A DNA stretch of 64,000 nucleotides from Penicillus capitatus (Eukaryota > Plantae > Chlorophyta). The position numbers and the translations under genes were made by a program. The stretch spans positions 186,001 to 250,000 of the forward strand of contig OZ287702.1 of assembly GCA_965649825.1 (NCBI GenBank), read 5' to 3'. The notes under the pieces are model-generated. The model did not search any database and was not told the origin of the DNA. It saw only the letters and a list, made by a program, of their open reading frames with translations. Positions 13,117 to 24,700 of this stretch are shown here, piece after piece (positions within the stretch are counted from its first letter, which is position 1; every line of letters starts with the position of its first letter).

Positions 13117-14871
13117 TCAGTAAACATATTTCTCTCCCTGTATCGCCTTTCCACCGCTTCTTAATGAGCGTGCAAGCCGTTCTAATCTTTCCGGAAGCGG
13201 CCACCACCACGCACTCCAGTCATAAGCCTCGGGCTGAAAACTCGGCTCGAGTTGAAAAATCTGATTCTTTTCAAGGGCGTGGATATCCCACTCATTTGGG
13301 TTACAAGGATCGTCCAGATTCGCTGTTGGTGTGCCACGGTAAATGTTTGCATAAAACTCTGGCGGCAAATCGCCCACGTCATTGGGCAGCTTGAAGGGCA
13401 GCTTAGGGGCCTTAAAGGATTTCCTACATAGTGCACACACATGCCCGTTGACACACGACATCGCCTCGGGGCACATCTGCATACAGATAATGGGCGGAGG
13501 ACGGTCCATCATGATCCTGCGAACAGGACTTGCTGCCAGAACTTGAAGCTTTTGATGTCATCGGACAGATTCCTTTCTCCTTGCGTAGATGATTATAGTG
13601 TTCCAAGACCTCCTTGGCCAAGTCCTTGACTTGTCTGTTCCGATCACTGTTTGCGTCCTTTAACACCTGAAAAAGCATTCTCTTTTGTCAGGAGCCAAGA
13701 AAACGGGAAATCGGCGACAGACTTGTAAGATGTTGCGATCTTTTGACTTTAACAATCCGGCGACTTCTCCTTCTTCTTCGAACGGTAATTGCAGAATAGA
13801 TTTTATGATCTTGATTCCGTAGTACCGGGTCTACCAAAAACGCAGAGTGTTGTGCATACATATGCATGAAGTGACGTTTGCGTTTTGATGCGCCTACCTC
13901 CCAGACAGAAGAGTGCTTCGAACCTTCGAGTGCCCAGGAGAGGAGTTTTCCGACGACGTCTTCCGGAATGTCCGTCGACAAGACAGAGATACAGTCGCAG
14001 AGGATACCAAATCCTTCTCGGGCTGTCAGCACCAACTTATCTACATTGCCCATCCAATACCGCGATGATGCATGACATCTGATCAAAGGAGATGAGCTAC
14101 CGTGTTCGATGATTCGGATCACGTGCTTAAGGCACAGTTTAATGGATCGGCGAACACCAAGGCCCTGAGGCCATTCAGAGAGAGCAGCAGTGATGGCTCG
14201 AATCACTGGAAAGCACTTGTAAGAACCTCCTGCTCGCCTGGACCCAACACACAGACCATCAGACATGAATTGGAGGCAAAAGACGGCTTGCTTTTTCGCC
14301 TGCTTGAATGGACAGCGGATAAATGTGTTAATCACCCACTGTGACATTTTCTCTTCCCACTGCTCACCGATTTCCATATACTGCGACTCAAGATTTGTCA
14401 GCGAAAGCATAGTAATGCAGGAAGCAACGTCCGACAGCACCACCACGCTCCGCCCGCTGTCGGACAGATAGGGCAGACAATCGCAAACCTGTATAGGACA
14501 GGACAGGAGAATCGGATTAAGCATCCAGTCGTGGACAGCAGTGGCATTGCACCCACCTCGTACATAAGATTCCCCATGCTTTCTGTTGAGGGAATATCTT
14601 TCTGTTCGTACAGGTCTCGCAACACTTCACGTACAATGTTGCAGCGCGCGATGAAATCCTGGTTTCCAACAGTATGCAGCTCTGTGTCATCATCATAGGG
14701 GTCATTTCCATCGACCCACGGAACGGTCTCGCCTTTAAATAATGCTTCTAGCTCCGAGAGTTTGTCGGCAAGTGACATCTCTTTGAGACTCCGTACTCGA
14801 GAAGCATATTTCGTAAAGTTTCCGTTCTTTTTGGAAACAATCATGTTTCCGACAATCTTGCACCCTACCAA
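13117..14871 (-). CDS. Hypothetical helical-repeat (HEAT/TOG-like) protein, multi-exon; extent uncertain
   Basis: Consecutive minus-strand ORFs of 157, 278, 84 and 131 aa with amphipathic helices, e.g. FQVLKDANSDRNRQVKDLAKEVL, resembling a HEAT/CLASP-N repeat end. The last ORF is Cys/His- and Trp-rich. Similarity is weak. Confidence 0.4.
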
Positions 14872-15939
14872 GATTCCGAGAACCCTGGACGTCTTCGAAG
14901 TGACCCTGCAATACCATAGACTCCATTCAGGTTGATACGTTCATCACCGTATCGGTTCGAGTGAAAGAATGAACCGCAATGACAGTGAACGCGTCGGCGG
15001 CGTAGAGTACCTCATATACTTGCTCATCTTTGAATCGTCGTTTTTCGTCGGCAGAAAGCTCGTCCCGATCAACGCGGGAACTATGAATTCAGCGCGGGTC
15101 AAAAGCATCTCGCTAAACAGACGGGACAACGCGGACAGGGGAAAACAAGACGGAGTGTTGACGAAGAAACTGCGCAACGTGTTAGGAACGACAATGAAGA
15201 ATGGAGATACACGTAAACGCAATACTCATAGGCGAGATGACACGAGGCGGTTAGCCTGCGTGTCGCCACGCTTGGCCGACGGCCCAAACGTACAGTTGCC
15301 GCTGTTCAAAAGATACAGCAGCAGAAAGTAAGCCCAAGACGTGTATAAGACGCTGTGTTGCCCACCGCAACAACCTTGCCCAACGGTCACCGTTTCCAAC
15401 GAACTCCATGTGTAAGAAAGCAAACCAAAACTCGCATATAAATCAATGAAGCCACCATACCTTGCTGAACTTTATTGACACTCAACTTGTCTTCTTCTCC
15501 GTGGATGATGTTGTACAGGGGAAGTGTTCTTATCAACGATAATTCTCTGCGCTTATATCCGAATAGAGAGGAGGAGGTTGCGTTGTTCTGAAGCCTTTCG
15601 AGTGGCTACTAAAGACTGTCGTTGGTGACCAGAATGGACACCCTGAAGAGCCAGGCAAGGGGAACGTCTTGCCTCAGACGATTTCGTACGCCGTGCAAGT
15701 CACACCCGTTTATCGACGAACAAACGCAGAACCACAGCAAGCGTCTTCACGCCGTCTCTTCTTCGTCTCTCTCTTAGCGCAATGGGAACGAAAAACGGCA
15801 AATATCTTGCTCTCTGAAGCTCACGTTTTAACAGATTGAACAATGCACGATGCTCAATAATGTGTCGTAAATGCGCTCCTGTTGCTTTGGTTATCGCGAC
15901 CTCCGCTGACCACTTACTTGGACGACACTCGGTAGAAGG

Positions 15940-18283
15940 ATGTCGGGGACAACCTCGATCAACGCGACAACAAATGTAAGAACGCGCCGACACATTCGAA
16001 ACAAAACACCTCTATCTCTTCGACAGAGTATGGAGTCCGGTTCTTCGCTCGCCGCTAAAGGCGTGGATCTCAATACATATCTGCGCCAGAATGCGATCAA
16101 CGAAACGATCTGCGCCGAAATCATTCGCCAGGTGAGCAAATGAGGTCAGTCGAATTTGTGGACGTCCGAAGGTGATGCGCAGGCCGTGCGGTATTTGGAG
16201 ACTCTGGACAGATCGGGTGTTGCTCTCATGAAGGTGGATGCTATGCGTCTTGCCGGAGATGCCTACGTGCTGACTGGCCAGACCCAACAGGAACCCATTT
16301 TCGCTATTCACATAGCCGAGAGTTACCAAGATGCGATAGCATCTCTCAAAGATTTTTCCGAAGCCTGTCTGGCACATGTGCGGCAACACTCACGATCGAG
16401 ATCGAGAGATAAAGAGATGGTGTGTGGATTTGAAGGTACCTTCTTCCAGTAGAACAGAGAGATTCAGAAAGTCTATGGCGCATTGCACGACATTAGCCGA
16501 CTTCCATAGTCTGGAGTTCTTGAACAACGATGATTCGAGTCCCGAAGTGCTTGAGTATCTGGATCTTTCAGCTATCGATGTGGACGCGACATCTGAAGAA
16601 GAAGGAAGTATCCTCGGAATCGAAGAGATCGACTTGGAAATGTTTGCAAGAGAGCAGCAACGTGTGGACGATAGGGAGATGGAAGACAGTATGGATAGAA
16701 TTTTGGAGATGGAAGACAGTATTATGGATGGAATCTTGGAGATGGAAGACAGTACAGATGGAATTTTGGAGATCAAAGACATTGGCATGTTGCATTCGAC
16801 ACTGGAAATGCCACCAAGCAGGTCTGATGCCGATTCCCCGCCACATACGCCTGTACCAAACGAGGTAGTGAGCAACAGCACGTGTTCGGTCGATTATTTC
16901 TGGCGAATGGTGTTGTTATCAGACGAATCGTCAAAATGGAGTACACCCGAAGAATGGTGCCTCGGAAGGGACGATGGTGGATCGACAGGACGGTTGTCGA
17001 TCCTCTGAGCACCCTCTCGTCGCCATCGCGCCACTTGGGTCTGCTGAAGAATCTAGAATCAATGCCCCTAGCGAAGTCGCCGTCCCACATTTGGATACTT
17101 CGGGAGCATCTGGTTCTGTTGCGGCCAGCAAGAGCGTCGCCATTGAAGCCGCCTTGACAGAAATGACGATAAACAGCACGCAGTTATCCGAAGGCACAAG
17201 ATCAGATCGGAATGCATTTGAAACTCCAGTCTCTAAAAGATGTCGCCGACGATCGCCAAGTCCACTTCTGCAAAGAGCCATCGGCGAGAGAGCGAAGCCC
17301 GGACAACAAACGCCGAACAATTCGTCAGAGGTCCGATGCGCTTTCAGCTGTTCCTTATGTTAACTCTCTGCGATCCGAAGATGATCTATCGACTACGATC
17401 CAGAAGTGTCTTTCATCCATCGCGATTGGATACACTTCAAGGCGAAGCAGAAAGGTCAGCCTACTGGACATGTTTTTTCAACCGGATCGGATCGTTCGCT
17501 CTGTCTCGTGCGTTAGATTGGAGGAATGTGTTTGGATGGAAAGATCAAAGCGACGGAGTGGATTCGCGTACCAACGGCTGCTGCAGAAATGTTACGATAT
17601 GAAACCGTACGAGCGCGGCGATGCAAGAAATGTCTTCAGAACTGGATGCCAGTACAGAATCTACATTGGCCAATGGAATTTGCCAAAGGAACTAGGAATG
17701 GGTTTAGTCGCATTGGAATCCATTCCAAAAGGCAAAGCCGTTTTTGAGTATGTCGGTAAGCTCCGTCCTTATTCAAGACGATAGCGATGACATGACTCAG
17801 GGGAGGTACTGATGGAAGACGAGGCCGCCGACAGAGAATGTAAGTGTGTGCGGCCGTACATGTTTGCCCTGGACGACTGGGGGGAGCTCTATGCCAACAG
17901 ACAGGATTGCCCAAGCGCCATTGACGCAGAAAAGCGGGGAAATGCCTCGCGTTTCCTGAACCATTCATGTTCCCCAAATCTTAGAGTGCTCAAAGAAGCT
18001 CCTTTTGTGAGGTATTGTGTTGAGAATTACGGAGTGCAACGTCTCGTATTTGTTGCTGTCAAAGACATAAGCAAAGGTGATCAACGCGATACTGCATCCC
18101 TGTGTTGGATACTGTTCATGGTCGTCAGGTGATCCCTTAACCATCGACTATTACCCTGGGAGGACTGCAGAATCTCTGCAAAAAGCTGCAGACAGCAAAT
18201 CGCTGTGCAGATGTGGACACACGAACTGTCGAAGATGGATACTCGCAGCAGCGTCATCGGAGAAGATTTCAGCAGACAGTTGA
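15940..18283 (+). CDS. SET-domain lysine methyltransferase with post-SET; long unrecognised N-terminus
   Basis: GMGLVALESIPKGKAVFEYVG(E)...IDAEKRGNASRFLNHSCSPN...LTIDYYPG...CRCGHTNCRRWI at about 17690-18250. Linkage of the upstream exons (15940-17600) is inferred. Confidence 0.75.
16676..16790 (+). repeat. Coding tandem repeat, three 30-33 nt units plus a degenerate fourth (EMEDS[M/IM/T]D[R/G]IL)
   Basis: GAGATGGAAGACAGT...TTG units at 16676-16705, 16706-16738 and 16739-16768. Confidence 0.95.
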
Positions 18284-18484
18284 ATGTTCAAGAGCGACGT
18301 CGTCGCTTGTGGACACTTCTCTTGCATGCGATCCACATGTATTCAGCTCGAAAGACAGGAATTTTGTTAATTCAAACGCTGCTGTTTGCACGCACACTAA
18401 GGACTCGAACGAATGACGATGCCTGAGAACATGCGCATTCGTTGACCGAAGAAATCCGCGATCCGTATTGATTCGTGTTAAGCT

Positions 18485-21400
18485 ATGCATGGCTCTGTGG
18501 ATGGACAGCGTTTGAGTCAAGAGAGTGGATCGAATTCCTTTCCAGTGAATCGGCGGCGCAGTCGTGCGCGATCGTCGTTCTTTCGGCATCCCAGCAGTAA
18601 GTATATGACAAATCGCACAGTCGTGTCCGTCCCTTTGAACGAAGTATCTCTTCGCAGACCGTTCGAGTCAGAGATACAGCAGAAGTTCCGTCATTGGCGG
18701 TCGCAACGTCAAAGGAACGGAGAGTCATGTAGAAAGGATCCAGGTGAGACCATAACGGCATCGGAGAGAGGCGAGACGGATCGCAGGTGATAGATGACGG
18801 CGTGGATCGGACGCCGATGCCGATGACGGGCGTTCGGACATGCCTGCCATCTCGTATGACGGATGGCTCAAAGAGCTCCGGGACAAGCGGAATATCAGAC
18901 AATACGTTGGATCGAATGTCGAGTTTTAGCTTCGAAGGGGCGACCGTGCCAGAAAGCGGCGCACAGTCTCCGGCTCTGACCAAAGAGACGTCACACAGAA
19001 ACTCTGTGACATCTACTGCATCACAGTTATCCTCGCTGAAGACGTCATATCGTGCAGATGGCCCGCGATGCGCCGATTTTCGAGTCTCGACGCGAAACAG
19101 ATGATGCCATAGAAATGTCTTTCGAAGTTGTGGAGGGGGATGAGGCAGATACACTCCGTTTGCCACAGCTCGATCGTCTTGTGGATATCACACTGAGCAT
19201 CTCTCCGGTCTTCTGGATGATGGATGTGCGTGGTATGCATACGTATTCGTATCTGATCGAGGACTCTTTTGCTGTTTGCTTGGATATCAGGATGGGCAGT
19301 CGACGAGGACAGCCAAAATGCCGACAGCGTAAAAACGGCAAACGCTCAGTACGATGCCATGCTGAAGTCCCGCAACGAAGCGCCTGAAAAATTTGCTGAC
19401 GGCGACACCCAAACGATCAATCCGCTTCGCAAACAACAAGAGACACAAAGCGCATCACTCTTAAATGTCGACAAAGACACACAGGTGACGACGACTCCTC
19501 TCAGACACATGCTCCAATCGTGCAAAGGTGACCGCATGGGATATTTACCAAAGCTGGGAACGCACGATGCTCGACGGTGTGGAACAGGAGAACCATGGGG
19601 TCGACCCTATGGTTCAGTTTAAGCAAAGTATCCAAAGACACAGACGCTGACTCGTTGGATATTTTTGTTTGTTTGTAGATATCGTTCAAAGCTCTGAGCA
19701 CAACGAAGTGGACGTTGCCAGTGTCTATGTCGCAACGCATCGAGAGGTGCCTCATCATCAGATGCAGTTTTCCTTTGTCGAGTTCGCGTTTCGCCGATTA
19801 GTCGATGGAGCGCGGAAGTATGGAGGATCATCGCTCGAGCAGTGCGAGTTTCTTCAGTCAACCTTACTCTTCTCGAGCAAGCCTGGTTTCGACGGCGTCG
19901 TTCACGACATCTATCGCCACCGATTTTGAACAAACAGGAGCCCTATCGCATAGTTCCGATCCATCTGTCGACAAGGATGGAAATGAGAAGTCTACCGTGA
20001 ATCCGCTCGCGTCGATGTCGGGTTTACGTGATGCCTTGAGCCTCATGGATACCCTTACGGTTCAAGCGCACTACAGGACGCAACTCTTTGCCTACAGAGA
20101 TATGGCCGCCGTCAAGTTATATCTGCCAAAATGCGACGACCGAGATGACCTCGACAGTATTAAAGAAGGAAGCATCTGCAGCTCAAATAGAGGGCCACTT
20201 CGGATGAGCGCTCGGCAAACGCACCTCCTGATCGGCATGAGTCACGCTTCTCACGCAAAGCTAGAAACGGCATCAGAGGCGACAGACGATCACGAAACGA
20301 TGTCCCTCGCAACAGTCCGTACACCTGAGGACAGGAACTGCCTCGATGCCGGTTCAGGATGTAGAGGGGCGATCGACGATGATGATGCCACAGCTTCACG
20401 TTCTCTGGGAATGGAAGAGCGAAGAGGACGGCGGTTCAAAGATGGTGACGTGCTTGGACTGGAAACGAGGACACGAGGACGTTCTGGCCGTTGGTTACGG
20501 CAATCTACAGTTCACGCCGCATGCCTGTCCGGGCTGCGTGGCCTTCTGGTCTCTTAAGCATCCCGAACAGCCTCAATGGCAATTCCCAACGTCACACGGT
20601 GAGTATTTGCCGTTTCATTGGCGTATTCTGTCGACATTGAATGACAGGAGTGACAGCTCTTGCGTTTTCCAATGAGGCGCCGCAGATCCTGGCCGTCGGA
20701 ATGTACAACGGTGGCATTGTTCTCTATGACCTGCAAGAAAAAACGGCCAGAGAGTTCATGTCATCCTCGTCGTCTGACGGCGGACACACGGAACCCGTTT
20801 GGCAAGTGAGAACAGCTCGTCAAACTCGACATTCGCCGCCCCCTTTTGAGATGCGCATGCACGATAGCTCGAGTGGACGAGCGCGAGAGAAGGAGAGGAG
20901 CAACTACTCTCCGTATCCGGCGATGGCCGGGTGATCCAATGGTCCATCAGCAGAGGACTGGAACACTCAGATTTGATGAAACTGCGGCACCAGACGCGAA
21001 AGAAGAACGCCGAAGCAGCGCATCCGACTCGAACACCGTTCGTTAGTCGCTTAACCAGCGGTCTCTGTCTTGCTCTGTGTCCAACAAATCCGACACTGTA
21101 TCTCGTCGGTATCTTACGGTTGAATATCAGAAGTGATGGCATGTATAAGATTTGGTATAGGCGCTGAAGATGGTGTCGTTCGCAAGTGCTCGACATCTTA
21201 CAGAGATCAGCACATTGATGCCTATTCGGGGCATTTCGGGCCAGTCTACTCCGTTCGCTGGTCGCCTTTCTATCCTGGCGCGTTTATCACGTGTGGAGCG
21301 GATTGGATGATGCATATGTGGTTGTCGGATCGACCATCCTGCGTCTTTGCCTTCCATACGACAAAAGAGGAGATCATGGATGTGCAATGGTGTCCGTTTC

Positions 21401-21725
21401 GCTCAACTGTCTTCGCTTGCGCCCTAGCCAATGGCAAAATCGAAGTAGATTATGGCACTCGGCCTCTTCTTGGAGGCAATGTCCGCGTCTGCAGATTTGG
21501 GATGTCTCTATTTCGACAGTCAAGCCCATTGCCTACCACACCATTCCTGGCCGATCTCTCACCAAGCTAGCGTTCAATCCAAAATCCAAGGTTCTCATGT
21601 GTGGAGACGACCAAGGCTACATCACTGTGCTGCAACTGATCAATGTGATCACAGACGTCACATCATCCAGGGAAGAGCAACAAGAGCATCTCCGTCGCAT
21701 TATCCATGCCAACGTCAAGAACTAA
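18485..21725 (+). CDS. WDR78: Axonemal dynein intermediate chain WDR78/DNAI4 (IC138-like)
   Basis: QTINPLRKQQETQ, VTCLDWK...DVLAVGYG...AFWSLKHP, GVTALAFS...ILAVGMYNG, HTEPVWQV, HFGPVYSVRWSPF. Start approximate. Confidence 0.78.
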
Positions 21726-21761
21726 TCTGCGCATGGGCATTAACGATTCTATCGACGCGTT

Positions 21762-24700
21762 ATGTCTACGTTCAATGCGGTTGGCCATGAAGGTGGCGGC
21801 GTCTTTGTAAGACGGGCCCCTAAGCGTCGACGGCCTTATCGATCCCTCGGTCGCCGCCGTCGCAGTACCAATGTTACCCCCTTTATGCAGTTGGGTCGCA
21901 CCGAAGTCGTGGCGTCACACGATCTCAACAAAGAGACCTTTCTCGAGCAGGCTCTTGTGCACTGGAGGGACAACTGCGTCGCTGAGCACTTCCAGAGTGC
22001 TTATGATGAACTAACACCTCTCTCCGGTTCCCTCGCAAAAATCATCCATTCTCGCAAGAAGATCATCCGAATCATCTACATCAGACTCATACCAGAGGCA
22101 GCGCTCTCACTGCGGGCCTTGATGGAAGTCCTTGCCGGTTTCGTTCGTGACATCCAAGGCATCAACACATTTACAAGTGTCCCCGCGATTCGATGATGGT
22201 GGGTACTGTAGATATGTTCCTTGAGTTTGTCCCTGAGCTGGTCGAGGTTGTCGTTTCGTTGAGTACGAAGTTGGCATGGGAACCAGAAACGTTGGGGTAT
22301 GTATTCGTTGCGATGACAAAAGTGGTGAGACATTTGCGGAGAGCCATTCATCCAACGCTCAAAGATTTTTTGACCAAAACCATCCGGCCATTGATTCTGC
22401 ATCCAGATCCATTTGTGCGACGACTGTCGTGTCAAAGCTTGGCCGTCATCTTGGAACAGGTGAAAGTCCAGACACGTCGAATGGGGATCAGGTGTTTATT
22501 GGGATTGATATGCGTCAATCGTGGGAAACAGGAATTCATGCATGGATACGCGGGGCTCGTTGGGCAAATGCTCATGGGCGTCATGGGTACATTTCGATCC
22601 AAAGCTCCAGAAATCTTGCAGATCCTGGTGGAGAGCAATCTCATTCAAACAGCACATTTTCGCCAACACCGAACTTCCACTCGTAAAGAGACTGTACCCA
22701 AATGGCTCACGGAGGAATTTCTGCAGCACGCAACTTTAGAGTATATCAAGAGTGTCATCGGACGGTATGTGGTGAAACGAATGGATCCGTCCGCAGCCAT
22801 TGAACTGTGGAAAATACTCCTTCGTCTGACGCAGATCAAAATGAACGATGCCCGAGACAGCATAACGGAAGATGAAGAAGTGGACGCCACAGGCCTCTTG
22901 ATCGGCATCACCCGTCTCATATCCATTGCCTCTTTTGTGCTGGCACGAAAGAAGGGTGCTCTGCTCAAGAATCTAAATCCAATTTGCTGTTTCTTGAGAC
23001 TGGTTCTGTCAGAAACGGTTCAGGGAGAGCTGGACGCAATGGGCATTCCCTTGTGGGTGAGTGGAATGTTTGCAAGGGAGACGGTGACGTTCGTTTTGCA
23101 TGGACTGAACTTAGAAGGGCGTTTTCGGAGAGATCCACTCTGGAGTGACTGTCAGGCGCAGCTGAAGACGCTCACTGAAAATGTCAACCGACTGAGTCTG
23201 TCAGATCTGTTCGACATAAGCAAAGAAGCCAACAGAGATCTCACGTCACTGAAGAGTCTTGTCTATCCACTGCTGCGTCGTTTAGCAAAGATCGTCATGA
23301 ATGGCACAGCCTCAGTAGAACATCAAGAGATGGCATGGGTTCAGCTCGATATTTTTCTGGAGTCCATTTCGGCAGTAGATGTCGCATCAGAAGGGAAGGG
23401 ACTTTTTGGAGAGGTCTCTTTTCCGCTATGGCTTTGCGAAACAATGAAAGCATGGCCTTTGGATGAATGCACCCGACGTTTCTCCTCAAGGAATGTCCGC
23501 GCCGCATTCACGATGGGAACATACTATTTGAAGGGTTTATCCAAAATCTACATTCATGAACCTACTGTCATTGTGGAGAGCACAAGACCAATGCTGTCTT
23601 CTCTGGCATCGTTGGATACCGGTGATCCCTCCACGTTGTTGACAGATGAGGACGTTGCCTCTCTTCGTTGCCGTATCGTTCTGCAGTTGGCCGAAAACGA
23701 GGCTAAGATCAACAGAGAGGAAGAATCGGGAGATCCCGTGCCATGCTTAGTGAATTACTTGACGGAGGCGATGTCTCGACTGAAGGCCTCTCCCTCTGAA
23801 AGGGCGAATCTACGCTGCGTTTCAGAACTGTCGAAATTGATCCAGGGAATGACGATGCCGGTTTTGGATACTGTCGGTACAGATTCGGAAATGGAGATGG
23901 AGGAAGACAGCTTTGATTTTTCGGGCCTCATCAGAAAGGAAGACTTGGATTACTGGATGGCAGACCTGGGGCCATCTCTCTGCGATCCGGACAGCACTGT
24001 TCGATGTTACGCGCTAGAATTTTTGTCAATTGCAAACCGAAGTGTGCTAAAGAGTTCTTCTTCATCAAACAAGTGATGACAGCTTTTTTTGGGGGGGGGG
24101 GCTACAGGAAATACCTCATGTTCTTAGGTACTGCCTGTTCACAACGTTGCTCGAGATCGAGAGAGGAGATTTTGATGGATTGGATCGAAAAGCTGTACGG
24201 CTTGTGGAAGACATTCGAACGCAGATCGAACACGGTCTTCTTAGTGCGTCATTTCATTCTTCTTGTTTCCATAGTTTCTTGGGATTGCTGCATCTGCGCT
24301 ACAAGCCAATCTGGCCACTGGCAGTTCACACCTTGTCTTTCCTGACGAACATGCATTTTCAGAGCTACTGGAATCGGATCTTTGAACGCGTCAAAGCATT
24401 GCACTTCATAATCCTGAGCAACGCCAGATGTATAACCAAGACTCCTACCAATGGCACAACGGTTAATTCCGAGACCGTTAACGATGCAGAAGTTTCAGAA
24501 AGAGAAAGAGTAAAGAAGGTAGATGATGCGACAGATGAATTCACAGAACTCTCTTATCTCCTGCAAGCGATAAAGGGTAACTCTGTTCCCTCTTTCCTCG
24601 TACATGATCCCTGGTGCCATAGGAGTGGATCGATGTTATCTGGAGACAAAGATTCACGAATGGTTGCCTCTGGTGCAGAAATGGATTCGGCAAAGGCTGA

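Noticed and set aside
24084-24101. T7-G11 homopolymer run
   Set aside because: It lies inside a 55-nt UTP20 intron; simple slippage sequence with no further structure.
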